Assembly: GCF_036365525.1 (NCBI RefSeq)
Contig: NC_090409.1
Coordinates: 39,132,437 to 39,196,436 of the forward strand
Length of the DNA: 64,000 bases
Reading direction: 5' to 3'
Origin: Heterodontus francisci
Lineage: Eukaryota
Part shown: positions 12,801 through 27,800 of the stretch, piece by piece
Numbering within the stretch: position 1 is the first letter of the stretch
Layout of the letters: the number at the start of each line of letters is the position of its first letter
The notes under the pieces: model-generated
Told to the model about the DNA's origin: nothing
The model's input: only the letters and a program-made list of their open reading frames with translations
Databases searched by the model: none
Made by a program: the position numbers and the translations under genes

Positions 12801-15800
12801 CCTCAATAACTTTGGCGAACAGAAACCTCTGAGTTCTGATGAAGGGTCGCACGACCTGAAACGTTAACTCTGCTTCTCTCTCCACAGGGGCTGCCCGACC
12901 TGCTGAGTATTTCCGGCACTTTCTGCCCTTTATTTCAGAATCCCAGCATCGGCTGTATTTTGCTCTTATTACAATCGATCGAGCTCAGATTTAAAATTAA
13001 TCACTGATCCAGACATCGATTCCCGTTTGCGGAAAAGAATTTCCAAACTTCTCCCGCCCTTTGTGTGTGGAAGTGTTTCCGAATTTCACTCCTAATTTTT
13101 CGACTCGGCCCCCAAACCAGCGGGAATAGTTTCTCGCTATCGACCCTATCGGTTCCCCCTTCATATCCCAAAATCTTCGATCAAATCACCCCTTAAACCA
13201 TCTAAATTCCAGGGAATGCAACCCGGGTTTGTGTAATCCCTCCTCGTAATTTAACCCTTTGAGTCCCGGTGTCATTGCTGTCGACCATTGCTTGTCAGGG
13301 GAGCGCTCAAACAAAAGGCATCCCGTTAGGTCATTTACCTCTCGCACAGGCTCAGCATCCACGAGGCGACGAACCAAATGAGGAAGATGAGGAGAAAGAG
13401 AATCTTGCCTGGGCAACTGTTCATGAGAATCTTCAAGACAAAGTGGAACCTGAGGTTAATCCTGTTGAGGGAGCCGATGGTTCGATAGGACGGGTTGAGG
13501 ACCTCACTGTACATGAAGATGACTCGCTGAACCAAGTAGACGCGAAGGAACATTACATTGGACAGGACGATGGCAGTGTTGGACAGGATTGGGTCGGAGG
13601 TCCCAGGGAACGCGAGGGGAAATGGGTGGGCAGCGCACACCAGCAGCTCCAGGGTCACGGAAAGCTTCCTCTTCCGGGTCAGGGCCACCCTCCACTCTTC
13701 GACCCCCTCGTCGATCATGAAAAGCTGAGACAGAATTAATGACAGAAACAGTCAACCAACGGGGCAGGTGCTGATGGAAGTGGTTCGTAAGAATGAAAGG
13801 AAGCACAGGAGCAGGTCCTTCAGCCCCGCGCGCTCGTTCCATCATTCATCGCAACATAGGAACAGGAGGAGGCCATTCTGCCCTCGTACCCGGGGTGGGG
13901 AGGCAATCCCACCATCCTATTAGATCATGCCTAATCTGTAATTTAACTCCTTTGTGCCTTAACCCTTAATCCCCTCAGCCAAGAAAAATCTCAGCTTTTA
14001 AGACTCAGTTTAACCACTCACCCAAAAGGTGTGGCCGATGCAGCTAAGTAAATACACATATATGCATATATATATATATATATAAGATGAAAGTGTAGCA
14101 ACATATTGTTACAAAATGGGGTATTTACCCAAGGCATTGTGGGACAAGTTAGTTAGCTTGCAGCCTTGAGCATGGTACTGCTTAGCACAGGCAATTAGCC
14201 TGACCAAGGAGGGCCCCTCATATCAGTGCATAAGACAGCTGCTCTGTTTAATTGAGGACTACGCAAAGCAACTAGGAATGCAGGCCTGATAGAGGTAGAA
14301 GGATTCATTGTGAAGACTCAAGGATAGTTGATAAGGGGGGGTTTGGTAAACAAGCTGAGATGGTCAGGGGCGTACCACGAGCTACCCCCACAACCACATG
14401 ATGCATGATTAATAATTTTATTGGTAATGAACGTAATATATGTAATCAATAACCGTTATGATTGGATTATGTCCAGCCGGGATGGGCTGAGTAACTGTAT
14501 ATCTGTTGTGGATTTTCCTTTGTTCGGTGGAGAGGCATCTGGACAGCCCAGTGACCTGCTCCCCGCTGGCGTAACTCAATAAACTATTTGACATTGGAGC
14601 AGACCTAAGTGTCGAGTGATTCTGCCAGATTCATTCTCGCTAACAATACTGACCCTCCGACAGTGCAGCACTCCCTCAGTACTGACTCTCCGACAGTGCA
14701 GTGCTCCCTCAGTACTGACCCTCTGACAGTGCAGTGCTCTCTCAGTACTGACCCTCCGACAGTGCAGCACTCCGTCAGTACTGACCCTCCGACAGTGCAA
14801 AGAACAAACAAAGAACAACAAAGAACAATGAACAAAGAAAATTACAGCACAGGAACAGGCCCTTCGGCCCTCCAAGCCTGCGCCGATCCAGATCCTCTAT
14901 CTAAACCTGTCGCCTATTTTCTAAGGGTCTGTATCTCTTTACTTCCTGCCCATTCATGTGTCTGTCTAGATACATCTTAAAAGACGCTATCGTGCCCGCG
15001 TCTACCACCTCCGCTGGCAAGGCGTTCCAGGCACCCACCACCCTCTGCGTAAAGAACTTTCCACGCATATCCCCCCTAAACTTTTCCCCTCTCACTTTGA
15101 ACTCGTGTCCCCTCGTAATTGAATCCCCCACTCTGGGAAAAAGCTTCTTGCTATCCACCCTGTCTATACCTCTCATGATTTTGTACACCTCAATCAGGTC
15201 CCCCCTCAACCTCCGTCTTTCTAATGAAAATAATCCTAATCTGCTCAACCTCTCTTCATAGCTAGCGCCCTCCATACCAGGCAACATCCTGGTGAACCTC
15301 CTCTGCACCCTCTCCAAAGCATCCACATCCTTTTGATAATGTGGCGACCAGAACTGCACGCAGTATTCCAAATGTGGCCGAACCAAAGTCTTATACAACT
15401 GTAACATGACCTGCCAACTCTTGTACTCAATACCCCGTCCGATGAAGGAAAGCATGCCGTATGCCTTCTTGACCACTCTATTGACCTGCGTTGCCACCTT
15501 CAGGGAACAATGGACCTGAACACCCAAATCTCTCTGTACATCAATTTTCCCCAGGACTTTTCCATTTACTGTATAGTTCACTCTTGAATTGGATCTTCCA
15601 AAATGCATCACCTCGCATTTGCCCTGATTGAACTCCATCTGCCATTTCTCTGCCCAACTCTCCAATCTATCTATATTCTGCTGTATTCTCTGACAGTCCC
15701 CTTCACTATCTGCTACTCCACCAATCTTAGTGTCGTCTGCAAACTTGCTAATCAGACCACCTATACTTTCCTCCAAATCATTTACATATATCACAAACAA

Positions 15801-18800
15801 CAGTGGTCCCAGCACGGATCCCTGTGGAACACCACTGGTCACACGTCTCCATTTTGAGAAACTCCCTTCCACTGCTACTTTCTGTCTCCTGTTGCCCAGC
15901 CAGTTCTTTATCCATCTAGCTAGTACACCTTGGACCCCATGCGACTTCACTTTCTCCATCAGCCTACCATGGGGAACCTTATCAAACGCCTTACTGAAGT
16001 CCATGTATATGACATCTACAGCCCTTCCCTCATCAATCAACTTTGTCACTTCCTCAAAGAATTCTATTAAGTTGGTAAGATATGACCTTCCCTGCACAAA
16101 CCCATGTTGCCTATCACTGATAAGCACATTTTCTTCCAAATGGGAATAGATCCTATCCCTCAGTATCTTCTCCAGCAACTTCCCTACCACTGACGTCAGG
16201 CTCACCGGTCTATAATTACCTGGATTATCCCTGCTACCCTTCTTAAACAAGGGGACAACATTAGCAAATCTCCAGTCCTCCGGGACCTCACCCGTGTTTA
16301 AGGATGCTGCAAAGATATCTGTTAAGGCCCCAGCTATTTCCTCTCTCGCTTCCCTCAGCAACCTGGGATAGACACCATCCGGACCTGGGGACTTGTCCAC
16401 CTTAATGCCTTTTAGAATACCCAACACTTCCTCCCTCCTTATGCCGACTTGACCTAGAGTAATCAAACATCTGTTCCTAACCTCAACATCCTTCATGTCC
16501 CTCTCCTCGGTGAATACTGAATAGTGAGTACTCGTTTAAAATCTCACCCATTTTCTCTGACTCCACGCATAACTTTCCTCCTTTGTCCTTGAGTGGGCCA
16601 ATCCTTTCTCTAGTTACCCTCTTGCTCCTTATATATGAATAAAAGGCTTTGGGATTTTCCTTAACCCTGTTTGCTAAAGATATTTCATGACCCCTTTTAG
16701 CCCTCTTAATTCCTCGTTTCAGATTGGTCCTACATTCCCGATATTCTTCCAAAGCTTCGTCTTTCTTCAGCCGCCTAGACCTTATGTATGCTTCCTTTTT
16801 CCTCTTAGCTAGTTTCACAATTTCACCTGTCATCCATGGTTCCCTAATCTTGCCGTTTCTATCCCTCATTTTCACAGGAACATGTCTCTCCTGCACGCTA
16901 ATCAACCTCTCTTTAAAAGCCTCCCACATATCACATGTGGATTTATCTTCAAACAGCTGCTCCCAATCTACATTCCCCAGCTCCTGCCGAATTTTGGTAT
17001 AGTTGGCCTTCCCCCAATTTAGCACTCTTCCTTTAGGACCACTCTCGTCTTTGTCCATGAGTATTCTAAAACTTACGGAATTGTGATCACTATTCCCAAA
17101 GTAGACCCCTACTGAAACGTCAACCACCTGGCCGGGCTCATTCCCCAACACCAGGTCCAGTATGGCCCCTTCCCGAGTTGGACTATTTACATACTGCTCT
17201 AGAAAACCCTCCTGGATGCTCCTTACAAATTCTGCTCCATCTAGCCCTCTAACACTAAGTGAATCCCAGTCAATGTTGGGAAAATTAAAATCTCCTATCA
17301 CCACCACCCTGTTGCTCCTACATCTTTCCATAATCTGTTTACATATTTGTACCTCTATCTCATGCTCGCTGTTGGGAGGCCTGTAGTACAGCCCCAACAT
17401 TGTTACCGCACCCTTCCTATTTCTGCCGAAGGACTGTCACCAGCACCTCATGTGAACTGCTCCTATCTCCTGAGTGCATCTGCAGCCTGTGAAAAGCTGA
17501 GATAAACTAGCCTGTCCACATTGTGTCAGCGATACAGATTATCTGGGCTTCTCACACACACGCACACACACACACACACATACAGCTACTGTACCCATTT
17601 CACAAGAAGCAGTGCACGATGTACTCATGCGGAAGGTAACGTGATTTCAGCAGGTGATTGTATCAAATTATTGTGTACATAAATTCTATTGGCACCGCCC
17701 TGGGGCAAAGCTGCTCATGAGAGCAAAGTTAACCGTTTCAACATTCTCTCGAAGACTTCTACACTCCCTCAGATAAAACAGGAGATATGTTCCAGGGATG
17801 TGGGCGTCGCTGGTCAGGCCAGCATTTATTGCCCATCCCTAATTGCCCTTGAGAAGGTGGTGAGGTGGTGGTGAGCTGCCTTCTTGAACCGCTGCAGTCC
17901 ATGTGGGGTAGGTACACCCACAGTGCTGTTAGGGAGGGAGTTCCAGGATTTTGACCCAGCGACAGTGAAGGAACGGCGATATAGTTCCAAGTCAGGATGG
18001 TGTGTGACTTGGAGGGGAACTTGCAGGTGGTGGTGTTCCCATGCATCTGCTGCCCTTGTCCTTCTAGTTGGGAGAGGTCACGGGTTTGCTGTCGTAGGAG
18101 CCTCGGTGCGTGGCTGCAGGGACTGGACCCCAGTACATGGGGCAGTAAAGGGTTAAAATGGTTACCAATGTCAAAATTACCTGAATATCCCTCATGTGAT
18201 AAGCCAGTATTAGGCCAAGCAGTAGGACAGTAGAAACTGTGCTGGAAACACTGACTGTAATCAGAACCAACTGTTAAATAAAAAGAGACAAATACATTCA
18301 GAATGAGAAAAGGAAATGATTTAACATGTTCATACATGACACGGCTGTACCTGTACCAGACACTAGCTGCATCCTGACCCTTCCAAGATATGTCGACAAT
18401 TCAATTCAGAGGTCAATCTTGTTATATCTCAGTGACATGTATATTAGAACCTTGCAAATTGATCATCAGTAAATACTAACACATTGCCCGGGGACCCCCT
18501 GTAAATACTGACACACTCCCCGGGGACCCCCTGTAAATACTGACACACTCCCCGGGGACCCCCTGTAAATACTGACACACTCCCCGGGGACCCCCTGTAA
18601 ATACTGACACACTCCCGGGGACCCCCTGTAAATACTGACACACTCCCGGGGACCCCCTGTAAATACTGACACACTCCCGGGGACCCCCTGTAAATACTGA
18701 CACACTCCCGGGGACCCCCTGTAAATACTGACACACTCCCCGGGGATCCCCTGTAAATACTGACACACTCCCCGAGGACCCCCTGTAAATACTGACACAC

Positions 18801-21800
18801 TCCCGGGGACCCCCTGTAAATACTGACACACTCCCCGGGGATCCCCTGTAAATACTGACACACTCCCCGGGGATCCCCTGTAAATACTGACACACTCCCC
18901 GGGGACCCCCTGTAAATACTGACACACTCCCGGGGACCCCCTGTAAATACTGACACACTCCCGGGGACCCCCTGTAAATACTGACACACTCCCCGGGGAT
19001 CCCCTGTAAATACTGACACACTCCCCGGGGACCCCCTGTAAATACTGACACACTCCCCGGGGACCCCCTGTAAATACTGACACACTCCCGGGGACCCCCT
19101 GTAAATACTGACACACTCCCGGGGACCCCCTGTAAATACTGACACACTCCCGGGGACCCCCTGTAAATACTGACACACTCCCGGGGACCCCCTGTAAATA
19201 CTGACACACTCCCCGGGGATCCCCTGTAAATACTGACACACTCCCCGAGGACCCCCTGTAAATACTGACACACTCCCGGGGACCCCCTGTAAATACTGAC
19301 ACACTCCCCGGGGATCCCCTGTAAATACTGACACACTCCCCGGGGATCCCCTGTAAATACTGACACACTCCCCGGGGACCCCCTGTAAATACTGACACAC
19401 TCCCGGGGACCCCCTGTAAATACTGACACACTCCCGGGGACCCCCTGTAAATACTGACACACTCCCCGGGGATCCCCTGTAAATACTGACACACTCCCCG
19501 GGGACCCCCTGTAAATACTGACACACTCCCGGGTACCTCCTGTAAATACTGACACATTCCCGGGGACCCCCTGTAAATACTAACACATTGCCCGGGGACC
19601 CCCTGTAAATACTGACACACTCCCGGGGACCCCCTGTAAATACTGACACACTCCCGGGGACCCCCTGTAAATACTGACACACTCCCCGGGGATCCCCTGT
19701 AAATACTGACACACTCCCCGGGGACCCCCTGTAAATACTGACACACTCCCGGGTACCTCCTGTAAATACTGACACATTCCCGGGGACCCCCTGTAAATAC
19801 TAACACATTGCCCGGGGACCCCCTGTAAATACTGACACACTCCCGGGGACCCCCTGTAAATACTGACACACTCCCAGGGACCCCCTGTAAATACTGACAC
19901 ACTCCCGGGGACCCCCTGTAAATACTAACACATTGCCCGGGGACCCCCTGTAAATACTGACACACTCCCCGGGGACCCCCTGTAAATGCTGACACACTCC
20001 CTGGGGACCCCCTGTAAATACTGACACACTCCCCGGGGACCCCCTGTAAATACTGACACACTCCCGGAGACCCCCTGTAAATACTGACACACTCCCGGGG
20101 ACCCCCTGTAAATACTGACACACTCCCGGGGACCCCCTGTAAATACTGACACACTCCCCGGGGATCCCCTGTAAATACTGACACACTCCCCGGGGACCCC
20201 CTGTAAATACTGACACACTCCCCGGGGACCCCCTGTAAATACTAACACATTGCCCGGGGATCCCCTGTAAATACTGACACACTCCCGGGGACCCCCTGTA
20301 AATACTGACACACTCCCAGGGACCCCCTGTAAATACTGACACACTCCCGGGGACCCCCTGTAAATACTGACACACTCCCAGGGACCCCCTGTAAATACTG
20401 ACACACTCCCGGGGACCCCCTGTAAATACTGACACACTCCCGGGGACCCCCTGTAAATACTGACACACTCCCTGGGACCCCTGTAAATACTGACACACTC
20501 CCCGGGGACCCCCTGTAAATACTGACACACTCCCGGGGACCCCCTGTAAATACTGACACACTCCCCGGGGACCCCCTGTAAATACTGACACACTCCCTGG
20601 GACCCCTGTAAATACTGACACACTCCCCGGGGACCCCCTGTAAATACTGACACACTCCCCGGGGACCCCCTGTAAATACTGACACACTCCCTGGGACCCC
20701 TGTAAATACTGACACACTCCCTGGGACCCCTGTAAATACTGACACACTCCCCGGGGACCCCCTGTAAATACTGACACACTCCCCGGGGACCCCCTGTAAA
20801 TACTGACACACTCCCTGGGACCCCTGTAAATACTGACACACTCCCCGGGGACCCCCTGTAAATACTGACACACTCCCTGGGACCCCTGTAAATACTGACA
20901 CACTCCCCGGGGACCCCATGTAAATACTGACACACTCCCGGGGACCCCCTGTAAATACTGACACACTCCCCGGGGACCCCCTGTAAATACTGACACACTC
21001 CCGGGGACCCCCTGTAAATACTGACACACTCCCTGGGGACCCCCTGTAAATACTGACACACTCCCGGGGACCCCCTGTAAATACTGACACACTCCCGGGG
21101 ACCCCCTGTAAATACTGACACACTCCCCGGGGACCCCCTGTAAATACTGACACACTCCCGGGGACCCCTGTAAATACTGACACACTCCCCGGGGACCCCC
21201 TGTAAATACTGACACACTCCCGGGGACCCCCTGTAAATACTGACACACTCCCCGGGGACCTCCTGTAAATACTGACACACTCCCGGGGACCCCCTGTAAA
21301 TACTGACACACTCCCCGGGGACCCCCTGTAAATACTGACACATTGGCCCTGATATTAGAGTGGGGGAGTCGTGCACTAATGTGAGAAGGAGCTGGGGTTC
21401 CATTCGCAGGGAGGGAAGCACGGTGACAGGGGGGTGGGAAAAGGGGAAGTCCTCCTCTCCTCCTGGCCCACACTCAGTGCTGGAAAACCCTCACGTGCTG
21501 CAGCCGTCAGGCTGAAGTTGTAACCTCCTCTTCCCCTCCCCCAGGCCTCTCTGGTCCCCGACATGCGGTGCTGAAAATGATCCCCATCAAGTCACACTGC
21601 TGTCACACAGTTATGAAAAAGAAAATCTGCATCTCTCTGGGGCCTTTCCCCATCTCAGGACATCCCAAAGGGCTTCACAGACAATGAAGGGCTTTTTTCG
21701 GAAGTGTGCTGACTGTTGTAATGTCGGAAACACGGCAGCCAATTTTCACACAGGAAGATCCCACAAACAGCAATGTGATAATGACCCAGATCATCTGAGT

Positions 21801-24800
21801 TTTTTTTAGTGATGTTGGTTGAGGGATAAATATTGTCCCCAGGACACCGGGGAGAACTCCCTCCCCCCCCTGCTCTTCTTCCAAATAGTGGCCGTGGGAT
21901 CTTTTATACCCACATGAGAGGGCAGACGGGGGCCTCGGTTTAATGTCTCATCCGAAAGACGGCACCTCCGACAGTGCAGCACTCCCTCAGTACTGACCCT
22001 CTGACAGTGCAGCACTCCCTCAGTACTGACCCTCTGACAGTGCTGCACTCCCTCAGTACTAACCCTCCGACAGTGCAGCACTCTCTCAGTACTGACCCTC
22101 TGACAGTGCAGCACTCCCTCAGTACTGACCCTCCGACAGTGCAGCACTCCCTCAGTACTCATCCTCCGACAGTGCAGCACTCCCTCAGTACTGACCCTCC
22201 GACAGTGCAGCACTCCCTCAGTACTGACCCTCCGACAGTGCAGCACTCCCTCAGTACTGACCCTCCGACAGTGCAGCATTCCCTCAGTACTGACCCTCCG
22301 ACAGTGCAGCACTCCCTCAGTACTGACCCTCCGACAGTGCAGCACTCCCTCAGTACTGACCCTCCGACAGTGCAGCATTCCCTCAGTACTGACCCTCCGA
22401 CAGTGCAGCACTCCCTCAGTACTGACCCTCCGACAGTGCAGCACTCCCTCAGTACTGACCCTCCGACAGTGCAGCACTCCCACAGTACCGACCCCCTGAC
22501 AGTGCAGCACTCCCTCAGTACCGACCCTCTGACAGTGCAGCACTCCCTCAGTACTGACCCTCTGACAGTGCAGCACTCCCTCAGCACTGACACTCCGACA
22601 GTGCAGCACTCCCTCAGTATTGAGACTGGGAGTGACAGCCTAGTTAACGCTGCTCATGTCTGTGGTGCGGGTCTCAAACTCAGAACCTTGGGATTCAGAG
22701 AGAAGTTTGTCTGAAGCAGCAATAAAGGCACTGATTCCACCCCATGACTTTGCATTCAGACCTCTCGCGTTCCTAAGACAGTTCGTCAGAGAAATATGGC
22801 ACAGAAATATGCCATTCGGCCCATCGAGTCCATGCCAGCTCTCCCTGGAGCAATCCAGTCTGTCCCACTCCCCTCCTCTACCCTTGTCACCCTGCACGTT
22901 TATTTCCCTCAAGTGCCCATCCAATATCCTCTTGAAATCACTGATCGTCTCCGCTCCACCAGCCTCGCGGGCAGAGTTCCACATCTTTACCAGCGGTGCC
23001 CAGCAGCCAAGTGCAGACGGGCTGCGAGAGGGGAGGTGGTGAAAGGGGGCAAGGAAGAGGGGCCTCTGCTCACGTCTCACCCTCTCCTCCCCCCTCACAG
23101 TCCCAGCCCCAAATGCTGCCTCCTGTCCCGATGGCCGTGTCTGTCAGCCCCTGCACAGGTGTGGGTGGGGCAGTCTTCGCAAGAACGGGTTCCGAAACCC
23201 AGAGGACGTTCCGCACGATTGTGCGAAGACCCTGAGCAGGGGCGTGGGCAGAAGCCACGGGGCGGGGGGTGCAGTCACCACGTAGGCGAAGTGCGAAGAG
23301 GAATTGGAATGACCTCTGGTTGCACAATGGGAGGTGCCATAGGATGTGTCACACAATGTTAGATTGTGACATTTATGTTTGTTGTTCAGTCACACAGAGG
23401 TTATTTGTTTACGCCCTTTTCCTGAGCTGCTCACATTTGCTCGTTGGGTAACAAGTGGCGTTATCGCTTGAGATGAAGGATAAGACAAGAGCTGACATAG
23501 AGCAATGGGGGGTTGGCAGTGGGGGGCGGGGGGTGGGGGGTGGGTGCCTGTGAGAGGGACCTGCAGGAGTTGGCGGAAGGGCTTTGGGGGAGCAAAGTGG
23601 CTTTTGGCACATGGTTGTTAGATGAATGAACTGTCAGGAGACAACCAGACCTCACAATAATCAGGGCAGCAATGCTTTTTTATGTTTATTCACGGGATGT
23701 GGGTGTCACTGGCCAGGCCAGCATTTATTGTCCATCCCTAATTACCCTTGAGAAGGTGGTGGTGAGCTGCCTTCTTGAACCACGGCAGTCCATGTGGTGT
23801 AGGTACACCCACAGTGCTGTTAGGAAGGGAGTTCCAGGATTTTGACCCAGCGACAGTGAAGGAACGGTGATATAGTTCCAAGTCAGGATGGTGTGTGACT
23901 TGGAGGGGAACTTGCAGGTGCTGGTGTTCCCATGTATCTGCTGCCCTTGTCCTTCTAGTTGGTAGAGGTCACGAGTTTGGAAGGTGCTGTCTAAGGAGCC
24001 TTGGTGCGTTGCTGCAGTGCATCTTGCAGATGGTACACACTGCTGCCACTATGCGTCGGTGGTGGAGGGAGTGAATGTTTGTGGATGGGGTCTCAATCAA
24101 GTGGGCTGCTTTGTCCTGGATGGTGTCGAGCTTCTTGAGTGTTGTTGGAGCTGCACCCATCCAGGCAAGTGGAGAGTATTCCATCACACTCCTGACTTGT
24201 ACCTTGTAGATGGTGGACAGGCTTTGGGGAGTCAGGAGGTGAGTTACTCACTGCAGGATTCCCAGCCTCTGACCTGCTCTTGTAGCCACAGTATTTATAC
24301 AGCTACTGCAGTTCAGTTTCTGGTCAATGGTAACCCCCCAGGATGATAATGGAGGATTCAGTGATGGTAATGACATTGAATGTCAAGGGGAGATGGTTAC
24401 ATTCTCTCTTGTTGGAGATGGTCATTGCCTGGCACTTGTGTGGTGCGAATGTTACTTGCCACTTATCAGCCCAAGCCTGGATGTTGTCCAGGTCTTGCTG
24501 CTTTTCTACACGGACTGCTTCAGTATCTGAGGAGTTGCGAATGGTGCTGAACATTGTACAATCATCAGCGAACATCCCCATTTCTGACCTTATGTTTGAA
24601 GGAAGGTCATTGATGAAGTAACTGAAGATGGTTGGGCCTAGGACACTACCCTGGGGAACTCCTGCAGTGATGTTCTGGAGATGAGATGATTGACCTCCAA
24701 CAACCACAACCATCTTCCTTGGCGCTCGGTATGACTCCAACCAGCAGAGGGTTTTCCCCCTGATTCCCATTGACCCCAGTTTTACTCAGGCTCCTTGATG

Positions 24801-27800
24801 CCATACTCGGTCAAATGCTGCCTTGATGTCAAGGGCAGTCACTCTCACCTCACCTCTGGAGTTCAGCTCTTTTGTCCATGTTTGAGCCAAGGCTGTAATG
24901 AGCTGAGTGGCCCTGGCGGAACCCAAACTGAGCATCACTGAGCAGGTTATTGCTAACGCCACTTGATGGCACTGTTGATGACACCTTCCATCACTTTATT
25001 GATGATCGAGAGTAGACTGATGGAGGGATGGACCTGTCCTGCTGATTATGTACAGGACATACCTGGACAATTTTCCACATTGTCAGGCGGACACTGCTGA
25101 TGCGTTACGCACGTCCTGTTTCAGCTCCTCCTCTCCTCCTCTGAATCCTCAGAATAGACTCTGTGTCTCACTCCTCCTACCAGTACAAACCTCGCTGTTG
25201 TCCAGGGGAGCAGCACACCACGACGATTCTGGAGAGCTGGTAAAGCATCACTGCCACGTCCAGCTGGCGGCAAAATGTCTGCTGTCGCCGGACGCGAGAC
25301 CCTGAGCCTCCTGAGTCACTGGTGATCAGACACATCGAGGAATCTTATCCTCGGCCTGTCGGCCCCTGTGTTGTGGGAAGGGCCTCCTGTCAGCTGCCAT
25401 CTCTCTGTCTAACCCCTCCCTCCTGCGGAACAGCAACTCTGAGGCCACAAGAACACAATAGGAGCAGGAGTAGGCCATTCAGCCCATCCAGCCTGCAATA
25501 CGATCATGGCTGATCTTGGGCTTCAATTCCACTTTCCCGCCCACTCCCCATATCCCTTGATTCCCTGAGAGACTAAAAATCTATCTATCCCAGCCTTAAA
25601 TGTGTTCAACGATGGAGCATCCACAACCCTCTGGGGTAGAGAATTCCAAAGATTCACAACCCTTTGAGTGTCGTAATTTCTCCTCATCTCAGTCCTAAAC
25701 AATTGGCTCCTTATCCTGTGACTGTGTCCCCGTGTTCTATATTCCCCGACCAGTGGAAATAATCTCCCAGTATCTCCCCTATCCAGCCCCTTTAGAATCT
25801 TATATGTTTCGATGAGATCACCTCTCATTCCTCTAAACTCCAGAGAATACAGGTGCAATTTACTACGCTTCACAACCCCCTCATCCCAGGGACCAATTTA
25901 GTAAATCTTCACTGCACTGCCTCCAGTGCAAGTATATCCTTTCTTAAACGTGGAGACCAAAACTGCACACAATATTCCAGATGTGGTCTCACCAAAACCC
26001 TGTACAATTGTAGCAATACCTCTTTATTCCTGTACTCCAAACGCCTTGCAACAAAGGCCAACATACCATTTGCCTTCCTAATTGCTCGCTGTACCTGCAT
26101 GTTAACTTTGTGCGTTCCTTGTACAAGCACACCCAAGTCTCTTTGAACATTAACACTTACCAGTTTCACACCTTTTAAAAAATATCCTGCTTTTCCATTC
26201 TTACGACCAAAATGCATAACTTCACACTTCCCTACATTATACTCCATCTGCCACCTTGTTGCCCACTCACTTAGCCTGCCTATATCTCTTTGCAGCCTCT
26301 CTACATCCTCCCCTGCAGCTTACCTTTCCATCGAGCTTTGTACCATCAGAAAACTTAGATACATTACTCTCTGTCGCTTCATCTAAATCATTAACATAGA
26401 GTGTAAATAGCTGAGGTCCCAGCACTGATCCCTGTGGCACTCCGCTATTTACTGCCTGCCAACTTGAAAATGCTCCATTTTTGCCCAATCTTTGCTTCCT
26501 GTCTATTAACCAATCATCTATCCATACTAATATATTGCCCCCAACTCCATGAGCCCTTATCTTGCCAATTAACCTTTTGTGTGGCAACTTATCAAATACC
26601 TTTTGGAAATCCAGATATACCACATCTACTGGTTTCCCTTTATCTACCCTCCTAGTTACATACTCAAAAAACTCTAATAAATGTGTCAAACAGGATATAG
26701 ATTCCAGCATCTTCCCAATGACTGATGTTAGGCTAACTGGCCTGTAGTTTCCTGTTTTCTCTCTCCCTCCTTTCTTGAAAAGTGGCGTAACATTTGCCAA
26801 CTTCCAATCTGATGGGACTGTTCCCGAATCTAAGGAATTTTGGAAAATCATAGCTAGCGCATCCACTATATCTCTTTTAGTACCCCAGGGTGTAAGCCAT
26901 CTGGTCCTGGAGATTTGTCAGATTTTAGTCCCTTAAGTTTCTCCACTACCTTGTCTCAGCTGATACGCGTTTCCTGGATTTTCTCACCACTTTTATCCCC
27001 AAGGTTACTGCCTATTTCTGGTATGGAACCTGTGTCTTCTACTGTGAAGACAGACACAAAATATTTGTTCAATGCCTCTGCCATTCCCTCGTTCCCCATG
27101 ATAATTTTTCCTGTCCTGACCAACATCTACTTTAGTTACTCTCTTCCTTTTGATAGACCTACAAAAGCTCTTACAATCTGGTTTTTTTTTTGTTATTGGC
27201 TAGTTAAATCTCACTCTTTGTTTTTCTTTTTTATCAACTTTTTGGTGGAACCTTGCTGGTTTCTAAAACACTCCCAATCCTCGGACTTGCTGCTATTTTT
27301 TGCAACTTTGTAAGCCTTTTCTTTTAATCTAATACTATCCTTCACTTCCTGAATGAGCCACGGATGGGTCTTTCTGGCTGAGTTTTTGCTTTTCAAAGAA
27401 ATATATTTTTATTCAACATTTTGAATTGTTCCTTTATAGGTTTCCCACTGTGCATTTATCTCCATACCTTTTAATCTATTTACCCAATCTACCTCAGCCA
27501 GTTCTCCCCTCAGTCTCCATGTCACTGTCAAACTTAACATGGAATTCAATGGTATTATGATCACTATTTCCCAGTAGATCTTTTTACTGTGGCTTTGCTT
27601 ATTAACCCTGCCTCATTACACAATACTCGATCTAAGATTTATACCTAGTAGGCTCCTCAACATATTGCTCCAAAGAACTGTCCCAAAAACATTCTGCAAA
27701 CTCATCTTCTAGACCACTCCTGCCAATTTCATTGTCCCAGTCTATATGAAGATTAAAGTCCCCCCACAATTATTATATTGCCTTTGTTACAAGCTCCAAT

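Noticed and set aside
18444-21473. 355-572 aa ORFs with [11 protein letters not shown] repeats
   Set aside because: Stop-poor minisatellite inside KCNN4 intron 1; all three frames give the same peptides
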